58,530 nucleotides of DNA, taken from positions 28,257,634 to 28,316,163 of the forward strand of contig CM119263.1 of the NCBI GenBank assembly GCA_051294375.1, in the 5' to 3' direction. The position numbers and the translations under genes are program-made. Within the stretch, counting starts at the first letter, position 1, and each line of letters opens with the position of its first letter. The notes beneath the pieces were generated by a model. That model did not search any database and was not told the origin of the DNA. It saw only the letters and a list, made by a program, of their open reading frames with translations. Source of the DNA: Paraspadella gotoi (lineage: Eukaryota > Animalia > Chaetognatha). Shown piece by piece: positions 47,501 through 56,990 of the stretch.

Positions 47501-49120
47501 TTGTACTCTTCGACCACCGAATAGGAAGCCATGCTATCCTGAATCATCTTGGGCAACTGCTCCGTCAAAAACTTGAACAGGAGATCCTCAACGAGCTCGT
47601 GGTTGTTCTCAAGCCATTTTTTTGCCTCAACAAGGGCGTCATGGCCAAGTTTTCTCAATATCTCCAGAGTCGCTGAGCCGACCTGCTTGGCCAGCTCTTT
47701 GGCATCATTGAAGATGACCTTGGCCTTGGCGGCGATGGCGGGCATGACATCTCTGAGAATGACTTGGACCTTGGCTTTTACTGGGGCCAACACATCGTTG
47801 ACGCGGTCTTTGATTTTGTCAAACTCTTCCGAGATTTTGTCGGCCAGGTCGGCCCCCGTCTGCTTGACGCTATCGACGGCACTGGAGATGGATTTGCCAA
47901 CCTTTTCCCAGAAGTCTGTCCATCCGTTCATTGGAGCGATGTCTCTCTTGCTCACGCCTGAAACCCACAAATCCTTAAGCTTTTTCAGGACGTAGGCTCT
48001 CAGAAAGATTTTAGCCTCGGACTTGATTTCTTCCACGATTTCGTCTTGATGTTCTTCAAAGTATTTGATGCCCAATCTCACGGCTTCACTTCCAAATTCT
48101 CTCAGAAATGTTACCACCTTTAGTTTAAAAAAAAGTTTAAATTATGAATGATTAAAGATTTAGCAAATAAATCAATCATTTAAAAAAACTTTCAAACTCT
48201 TAATTGTTAGGTCTTGTCTTGTTTATTTAGACAAAATATTCAAGATTAAAGTTAATAAAAGCTTCGCTCTAGGGCCTAGTTAGATCGTAAAATATTAATT
48301 TTTGAATTTTAATTCCCAAATCTAACTTACCAAATCTCCCAGAAACTCCAGTTCTTGTTTGGTGAAGTCCACGGTCGACGAGATTTTTGCAACGAGCTGA
48401 AACGATTGCAAAAATAAATACATGAGTTAATCAATATATGAAATTGACACAACCAATATAAAAATTATCCATATCAAGTTTCCGCACCGTGGGATACACA
48501 TCCTTTAAGAAGGCGTCGGCGGCCTGTTGCGGCGAGATCATTGAGCACTTGGCTTTGGAGATGATCTTCTCGCCCGCCTCCTTCAAACCTTCCCACAGAT
48601 CTCCGCCAGTCTGTTTGACTCGATCCACAACCTCCGTTATCTTTGACGCGATCTGTTCCAAGTAGTCCGTCCATCCGTACGCGTCCACGTCCTGAGGTTT
48701 TTGACTTTTGAGAATAGGATTTCTAACATTTTTATTTAGAAATTTATGTATAGTATGTATAGTGGAGATCCTAATTATTATTAGTAAAAAATTAAATAAA
48801 ATCGCCGTCCGAATTCTTTAAAAAATAAGAAACTAAAGAAAGAGAGAAAGAATAATAAAAAAGAGAGAAAATATATATATAAATAAACATTTTCTCGGTT
48901 TGACTAGACTGAGAAAGATAATCATACTGTACAGATGATGACCATTCTGTATTTCACGGTAAATTCCGTGAGTATTACGTCTCCCGAAATCCTTTCACTC
49001 AAGTCTTACGTTGGGAAAATCTCTGAGGACGAGTTGAGTGTCGAAATGCTTCGACGGGGCGGCGTCAATGACGACGGCAGCGACGACGACGACGGCGACG
49101 AAAAACGCCGACGCCTTCAT
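44569..49120 (-). CDS. Secreted 1,309-aa tandem-repeat protein of nine ~140-aa amphipathic helical (apolipoprotein-like) units; exons 49120-49010, 48691-48488, 48396-48331, 48117-44569
   Basis: Signal peptide MKASAFFVAVVVVAAVVIDA. All three introns are GT-AG and phase 0. Units start (Y)NGWTDFWEKVG and end FLTEQLPKLI; one divergent unit is followed by KR, then eight conserved units. Confidence 0.88.
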
Positions 49121-49526
49121 GATCAACAGTTTTCTGCGGGAGGAAACGATGGAACACTGTGGGTATGAATTTCTATGCGTTCTTATGCGAAGCACAGTTG
49201 CTTTATCTATTCATTCAATAAATAAACTGTGATGCCCCTAAATTTGGACAGGATGATAAAACAGGACTCTTAATTCCATTTTTAAATGAGTTGCGTATGT
49301 ACATTGCGCATAACCTAAATGATTTGAATTCATGTTTGAAGCTTTAAATGTTTTCTTAGTTTCCTCGACTCTCACCTTTAATTTAAGATCACAGAAAAAG
49401 AGGCAATTTTTTGATTACCGGAAAAAAAAACAAAAACAAAAGGACAGTCGTAGAATTTGTTTTAGTGAAATCAAAATGGCGCCGCCCTTGATTTGAGCCT
49501 CGAGGGCAGCGAGCGGTGGCACGGTC

Positions 49527-49533
49527 TTTTATA
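49527..49533 (-). promoter_or_regulatory. Candidate TATA box for the repeat-protein gene
   Basis: GCTATAAAAG on the minus strand in a CpG-rich patch ~410 bp upstream of ATG 49120; CAAAATGGCG motif nearby. Confidence 0.25.
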
Positions 49534-50669
49534 GCCGTCTCCCTCGGCGTCCGCCATGGGATCCGACCAGGTGAGGACGACGGTGATTCTCAGGCGGAGG
49601 GAAAACCGTCGGGTTCGTCGTTGTGATCGTCGTCGTGATCGTCGTCAGTTTCGATCCCTGATCTCTCGACGTCATTGATTAAAGATAAATCATTTGGAGA
49701 GGAATTATCTATCATTGCGGGGAGAGGTAGGGAATCATTAGTTGGCAGAAGAGGGTAAGGGTAAGGGAACGGAAGGACTGAGGAGGCAAAGGTAAGTGAC
49801 GCAAATCAATCGTTAGTTAATTTAGTTGGTTAGTTTTTTTCGTAAGCTTTTCGTTAAAAAGTTATGAAAGACTTGGTAATCTTGAATCTGAAGCAGCAAT
49901 TAATTTTAATCAATGCTTAGTCGACGTCATCGTATTTTTTTTTCGTGGGTGACACTGTCTGCGTGGCATCCGTGGCATCCGTGGCACGGCATGATGTCCG
50001 GCCAATGTTGAGCTACATAATATAAAGCCCTGTAAGATATATATATATATATATTTTTGGCGAGATAATTTATACTTGTCTAGAAATGTTTTATTTAATA
50101 CTATTTTCGCGTTCTCTACGACCTTGCCTATCTGAGGAACTCTTTAAAAGCTATATCTACATGTACGTAAATATTATGTATTAATTTTATGAAATATTTT
50201 AAATTTTCGTGAAATCTTAGTTTTAACTACTACGGTATATGCTCTTTCCTTTTCTAACCTCTCTTTGTCGGTCTTCATTTTTTTCTTTTCATGTCCTCCT
50301 CAGCTTCCGCCTCCTCCTCCTCCTCCTCCTCTTCCTCCATATGATATAAAAGTGATATAAAAGGAAACAGATTTTTAATAACGCAGTTGAGGAAATGAGG
50401 TTGAAAGAGTCAGAGAGAAGAAAGATTCTGAAATACAGAAAGAGACGAAGGAGTAAAAAAAAAAATTAATTTTAAAATTATTACATGATTGAAATGTAAA
50501 GCAAAAAGTAGTAAGAAAAATGTAATAAGAATATCAACGATAAAGGAAATAGTAAAATAGTGGGAAAATAAGGCGGTGAGGTTGGGTAAGTAGCTTATAA
50601 AAGAAAATTCTGGAATATTTCGATGGGAGAGACTCAACTTCAATTAAAACAAAGCCCGGTTTTCCTACG

Positions 50670-50675
<6 letters not shown>

Positions 50676-50766
<91 letters not shown>
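50676..50766. repeat. (AG)n microsatellite
   Basis: About 45 AG units. Confidence 0.9.
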
Positions 50767-50767
<1 letters not shown>

Positions 50768-51290
50768 GTTAATTTTTCATATCGGATGAAGGGGAGTTTT
50801 GCGTCATCAGAGAACCAGACAATTTTTTCGCGTCCTGGATATCGCGTTGAAATTTCTTGGCGGACACGGAGAAAAGGCAATTGAGCCTTTGGATCTGTCA
50901 AACAAATCACTATACAGAATAATATTATTAAAATAAATATCAATAGTCAACACTTTATCAAACAGTAATAAAAATGAATGTTTTCATTCACAGTATCATC
51001 GCAGAGAAGAGTAGTATTATTTTTTTTTTTTTATTATTTTTACTTTTTTTAAATTAAATGTTTTAAAAACCAATAACTTTCCCTTTAACATACAATCAAT
51101 ATTTTTAAAATTTGAAAAAGGCTCTCGGATTCATTGAAAAATATTATTTTTTTTATTAAAACCTGTTTCCATCCATTTGATGTCATTTTAAAAGAACAAT
51201 TTTAATTTTCAATCGGGTGAAAATAAGGAAGTTGCGTCTTTCCGTCATTCATTCTAGATTTTAACCAATTTTAATAAAGTGGAAAGAGTA

Positions 51291-54200
51291 ATGTCGTCGA
51301 GAACTCTGCTCATTGTCGCGATCTTCGTCGTCGTGTTCGTCGCTCGGGAGGCATCAACAATTGCAAGTGAGGAGAAGGATAATGGGTGGGAGTGAGTGAG
51401 TGAGTCAGTGAGGAAGTGAGGGAGAATTTAAAGTGAAAGATAAAATAATCACAAATTATGAAAATAATAAAACAAAATTATGGGGTTTGAGTTAAATGTT
51501 GAGTTAAAAGGTGAAAAAGGTTATGACTTGCGAGAATGAATAAAGGTTTTCACTGGAACCGCGTTCTCTTCCGGAGCCATTATTCTTCGTTAATTAAGCG
51601 AATAGATTGTGATTTATATGAATTATATATACACTCTTTTTTCATTTGATTAGTTCCTTTCTCTTCCTCTCTTTTTCCGTTTTTCGCGTTTACACGCAAG
51701 CCGCTGGACCACCTCACCACTTCGCGGCCACTTTTGGAGTTACTGGGATTCAATTTTATTTTGCTTTAGTCTCAGTATAAATTTAAAATTAAGTTAGGTT
51801 TTATGTTGTCGATTAAATTAATCAGGGTTGGGAATAGGGATTAGGTTATGGAATAGGGTTGAAGATGCGGTTATGGATTGGGGTTTGGGTTGGCAATTTT
51901 ATTTTAAGCATTAAGAAAAGATTACTGGTAGATAATAGGGGTAAAATCAAGTTCACCGATCAGAAACAGAAATGGGTCGCTTTTGAAAAACAGTACCAAT
52001 TCGTGATTTGTTTTCTTTTAATACACGTCACCCATAACCGTCACAATCAGTTCCGGGCTGGGACCCTCTAGAACCGGAAGTGCTGACCAAAGGCCCCTGC
52101 CGCGCCGGCCGCGCGGGGCCCTGCTGCGAGGACGCGCGCCGCAAATGGGCGCGGATCCAACTGGGTCCCGTCGCCGACCTCGAATATCCCGTCTGCCGCA
52201 CCGACGGATCCTTCGCGCCGAAGCAGTGCTACGGGATGTTGGAGTGTCACTGCGTTGACGAGAAGGGAAGGAAAGTAAAGCCCAGAGGGTGGAAGGTCAC
52301 TCCCGGGATCGATCACGACGTCGACTGCGGGGAAGGTGAGTGCGGAAATGAGGGAGGTAAGGAGAGGGGAAGGATGGGCGGCGGCGGGCAGCTTGAAGAA
52401 TGGCAGGCAAAGGAGGAATAAATGAATAAATAAATATTCGTGTTGGTAAGGTTTAATGTAATTGAAATTTAATTATGGCTTTGAATTTTTAGCCTAACTA
52501 TTTTTATAATCATGACCAATCGAATTGACTTCTGCGTTTTCAAAGTACAAAATGTACTCTTGTCAGACTCAAAAGTATAATATATAATTTTAAATTTAAC
52601 AAATTACTTTCAAATTTTAAATGCTCTATGTACTCCCACGAAAATTAGATTTTCCAAACTTGGTTCAGACGAAGAAATATCCAAGCGAGAGTTCGAGCTG
52701 CGCTCAGGATCATTAAGAGGCCAAAGGCAAAGGGCTGGAGGTCAGGGCCGGAGGCCAAATCGGCCAAAGAGAAGAAAATGTAGAACGGAGGCGATGAATT
52801 CATTCATTGACAAATTTGGATGCGACGAATTTTATCGGATTCGGACAGCAATTCGGGTGAGGAAATAATTTTATAATTTTAATAATTTTATTGTTCAAAA
52901 TTGAATCACGGTAATTTAATAATTAAAACGAGAAATAGGGTATCAATGACATACCACTAATGTTCATTTCTTATCGACTCTTTGATATATTTTCCTAATA
53001 TTAATATTATCTAGTTTAATTTTTAATTCATTCAACTCAATTTGAACCATTGAGTTTTAACGTAATTGAATAAAACCGTTATGACGACAGCCGCATTGAT
53101 GAAAATGATGAAAACCCGTTCCATTGCTGCTGAGGGGGCACAGAAGATACGGATAAGTAGTCTTTACCCCACTTATCACTTTATTCACAGACGCAACCAT
53201 CGGTTGGCGGTTCAGCCGTCGTTCAAACGCCAACAGGCTCATCAGCGTCTGGAGTCTCCAAGAGATTTTTGTGGCAGAAAAAGCTTGACAGAATCAGGGA
53301 GTCAATGCCGAAAGAATACGCCATGGTAAGCGTAGATCATTGTGCAAAGCATGATACACCGCTTCTCACAAGCAAATTTAAATTTATATTTGCAGGTTCA
53401 AAGTGTGATTAAGACGGTAAATGACAGCAATTGCAAACCTCCGATGTCAGGAAAGCGCAGTGAAGTGCAGACCGAAATTAAAAACTTGTTTTCGCAGGTA
53501 AATGCATTTTTATTTTACGAGGACAAAAAAAATTGTAATGTGGTGCTTTCAATGAGCACAGCTTTATTGACCATTACATCAACAGCCACCCAGCCAATCA
53601 GAAAAAATTGCCTTGAATTGGTTCATGGGAGTGATGTCCCCGAGAAAGATTTGCGGACCTCTACCGACGAATATGAGAGAGAAGTTTGAAAAAGTCAAAA
53701 ACCTCATAGAATCAAAATACGAAGTAAGTTAAGAGTGGAATCCTAAGCAATGAAAGATTAGATAATGTATATATTATCGATGGTATTATGATGAACTAAA
53801 ATCCACCAAATATTGAAAAGCGGCCATTGTTGCCGAAGGCAAACCGTTTTCCAAGCCCAAAGGTTCTAGGGTTCTATCCCGTTGGCCATCCTAGCGAATA
53901 CGACGGTTATTTCACTCATTCTGTCTCTTCAGTATTAAGAAAAAATAGGAAACTTACTTAGAAGCTTACTTAAGTTTTATTAGGAATAATATTTAAAACG
54001 AGCGCAAACGCTACGAAAAAAAGATTTTTTTTGGCTTTATTCACAAAGGAAACATGACTGTGAACTTGTGTGTCACTGTATCAAATACTTGATATGAAAT
54101 AAACTACTCATTAATTAGTCATAGAGAGAGAGAGCTACAATTCTTAGGCCAGAATGATTGGCCAATGGCCATTGTGAAGTGTCTTCTACGAAACAAGTCA

Positions 54201-54564
54201 AAAAATAATTTTAATTTTAGACTGAATCAATATTGTCTATTCTTTCTATTCTTGTCATCTGTTATTCAATGTTTAAAAATGTTACCCTATTTTTTAGTCA
54301 AGTCATCGAACTGAAGGCAACAACAACGAGGACAACAATAACAACAACAACAACGACGGCGACATCCCCGTCACGGTCGATTCAAGTTTGGCTCTGCTGA
54401 AAAGATTATTGAAGGAGAGACGCGAGAAGGTCGTCAAGAGGAGACAGAAGAAGTTTGTCAATGACATGGCGGATGGCAAGGATGGCATGATGGACGGCAA
54501 GGAAGATGGCAAAACGACCCAAGTGCAAAATGCCCTCGACGTCGTCCAAAACTCATTGAGGTAA
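51291..54564 (+). CDS. Secreted thyroglobulin type-1 domain protein with multiple dibasic sites, ~396 aa; exons 51291-51366, 52051-52335, 52669-52856, 53191-53325, 53396-53497, 53586-53723, 54298-54564
   Basis: Signal MSSRTLLIVAIFVVVFVAREASTIA. Exon 2 has YPVCRTDGSFAPKQCYGMLECHCVDEKGRKV...DC (Tg1 QC...CxCVD motif). All seven exons join in frame through GT-AG sites without stops. The last exon could alternatively splice on at AG|gtaaag. Confidence 0.75.
51770..51992 (+). mobile_element. TIR element copy with degenerate telomere-like repeats (intron 1 of the Tg1 gene)
   Basis: GGGTT/TTAGG repeats at 51825-51890, then GGTAAAATCAAGTTCA...CAGAAATGGGTCGCTTTTGAAAAA, matching 7622-7675. Confidence 0.5.
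53784..53933 (+). mobile_element. Second, internally shorter copy of the tRNA-like short element (intron 6 of the Tg1 gene)
   Basis: Shares ACTAAAATC, AGCGGCCAT, CCCAAAGGT, B-box-like GGTTCTATCCC and the terminal CTGTCTCTTCAGT with the reverse complement of 16579-16805. Confidence 0.55.
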
Positions 54565-54629
54565 AGATAAGTCGCGGCGGTAAAAAAATAATTATTCAAT
54601 GAAACGAGATTGAAAAGAGATTATTTTTA

Positions 54630-55200
54630 TTTTTGAAACAATGGCGCAAATTTTCGCATAATGATAATAACAAAAAAATAAATATTGGCAATAGTGCGGG
54701 GGAAAAAAAATAAAACGGTAATCAATATATTTACTTTATTTAGGCCCTATGAAAATGAAATCACCAGAAAGTTTGATAATTATTCTAATAATTTTTGTAT
54801 CAACGAATCGCTATCTACTAATAAGCTGAATAATAACGGTCCTAGGATACAAATATGTACAAATTTATCATGTATTTTATAAGTTATAAATGAAATAAAT
54901 TAAATTAGCTTTATTTTTGAAACAAAAGCGCGAATTTTTGCATAATGCCAAAAAATAAATACCATGAAGAAATTAGGGAAAAACTAAAATAACAATATTT
55001 TGGTATTTTCACCATTTGAAAAAGCAACAATCAAAAAGGTTTATAATTATCCTGGTAATTTTTTTTTCAACGAATTGCTATCTACTCATTATAATATGAA
55101 TAATTAATCATTTTTAATGTATCTATTTTATAACATATTATTTAGATAAAGATTTGTTTTCTTTTTAAAACGAAAGCGCAAGCTTTTGCATAATCAAGGA
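54630..55200 (+). repeat. Degenerate tandem repeat, ~250-285-bp unit, ~2.2 copies
   Basis: TTTTGAAAC..GCGC.AA.TTT.GCATAAT recurs at ~54631, ~54915 and ~55163. CGAAT.GCTATCTACT recurs at ~54804 and ~55071. Confidence 0.65.
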
Positions 55201-55352
55201 ATAAAAACTATTCGATAAGAAATTGGAAAACAAATATTTAGATATACCATGTATATATGTTGTCTATAGTTGTAGATTTCATGCAATCTTTAACTTTGTT
55301 TTATCTTTAGTCTTAGCTTTTTTTGATGCACATGTATGTACTGAATCAACCT

Positions 55353-55392
55353 TGTGTGGCAACTGATCAAGTCACCGACGAAACGAACACGC

Positions 55393-55451
<59 letters not shown>

Positions 55452-55625
55452 GTTTTTATATTTATTCGTACGGCCAAGTGGTCAATTCTTATTTTGTTAA
55501 TGACTGTAGACTTAGCATCTTTTGTTCCCGTTTTCTCTCTGTTTTAACTCTGTTTTGTCTCCGTTTCTTTTACTCGAATAAAAATTCACTCTTGCTCTGA
55601 ACTTCGTCTCGATGGTTGCCTCACG
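55353..55625 (+). repeat. 5' LTR (~273 bp)
   Basis: Imperfect terminal inverted repeat TGTGTGGCAAC...GTTGCCTCACG, internal (CT)n, AATAAA at ~55577, directly followed by the PBS. Confidence 0.7.
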
Positions 55626-55640
55626 TGGTGAGACCGACGT
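55626..55640 (+). promoter_or_regulatory. Primer-binding site, tRNA-Trp-like
   Basis: TGGTGAGACCGACGT versus the tRNA-Trp complement TGGTGACCCCGACGT (2 mismatches). Confidence 0.6.
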
Positions 55641-55808
55641 TCCAAAAGAAAATCAAATAATTATAATAAAGAATTTCCTACAATGAAAGACAAATGATTG
55701 AAACTGAAATAAAACGAAAATAAGCAATCTTTTCTCTCTCGAAATTGCAATTCAGAAATTTATTTAAAAAAAAAAAAAAACCCAGAAAAGAAAAAATAAA
55801 AATAATTA

Positions 55809-56990
55809 ATGTCAAAAGGAAATCGTCACCCAAGTCAAGTGCGACCAATCACCCCGGCCGACGAAGAAGAAGAAATCATGCCGTCAACGCGCAGTCAAAC
55901 AGGCGCTCCTGGCGACACCGTGTTTCACGACGCCGCCGATGGCTCTGCCACCGGCGCCGCTGCTGGCCCAGCCGCAGCACCGCTTACTCTTGAAAGTCTT
56001 AACGCCACGCTACTCAAACTTCAGGAAGCCGTATCCGCTCTGACGCGCAATGCTCGTTCTCCCGACTCGAGCACTGTTTCTGCTGACATTGATCTGGCGC
56101 CGCATATGAGCGCCGTTACGGCCACACCCTCAGCGCCTCACGAAAGACCACGGACACCCAAACTGGCACCGTTTGATGCCTACCACATCGAGGATTGGCT
56201 CGACCACGCGGAGATCGCGTTTCGGGTCGCCAGCGTCACGGATAACCTTGACAAAAAGGCGCACCTATTGGCCGCCATCCCCGTCGATCGTCATCGCCTG
56301 ATCCCGCATGAAGTCCGCAACTCACTTGAAACAAGTTCTTATGAACTTTTACGTACTCACCTTAACAAAGTCTATGGTCAAAGAGATGCACAAAGGGCCA
56401 CAAAATTACTAAAGATGACTTCCCTCCGAGGCGCCACTCCCACACAGTTTCTTGCTTCCCTCCGCGCCCAAGCAAAAGGACTGACAAGCGAAAACGTCAT
56501 CTCTGCCCTCCTCTCCTCTGCCTTGCCCAACAACATCCGTGAACATGCTTCTAAAGACGGAAAATCCGCCGACGACATCGCCGCGGATGCCGATGAGTTT
56601 TTCCTCCCATCTGGACAGCTCAGAAATACCACACCCCATTCAGCATCAGTCAATGCCATTTCAACTACAGAAATCGACTCTGATGTGCTCATTGATCCAC
56701 CTGAAGAATTTCGCGAGACTCCATCTGAAGAGATTCCGCACTCATATGCAAATGCTGTGAGACGGCCACCGCTGCGACGATTTCAGCGCGCTCACCAGCA
56801 GCAACGCCAACAACAGCCATCAAGACCACGTTAGCAAAATCAACCTCAACTGGTGCCACGCTCTAATCGTCAACCACCTCCAGGAGAAAAGAAATGCTAC
56901 TACCACAGGAACTTTGGAAACGACGCCCGGAATTGTGAAGGCAATCCTTGCCCAATGGCACCGTCAAACATGAACGCCGGCGGCCATTAG
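55809..56990 (+). pseudogene. gag: Retrotransposon gag with an in-frame TAG at 56832-56834
   Basis: PKLAPFDAYHIEDWLDHAEIAF capsid-like motif. The same frame continues past the TAG to CYYHRNFGNDARNCEGNPC (C-x2-H-x9-C-x4-C knuckle) and stops at 56990. Confidence 0.8.

Noticed and set aside
44765-47995. Plus-strand ORFs antisense to the repeat-protein gene (and antisense ORFs in filamin, LHFPL, gag/pol)
   Set aside because: Shadow ORFs caused by codon bias and the repeats of the real genes.
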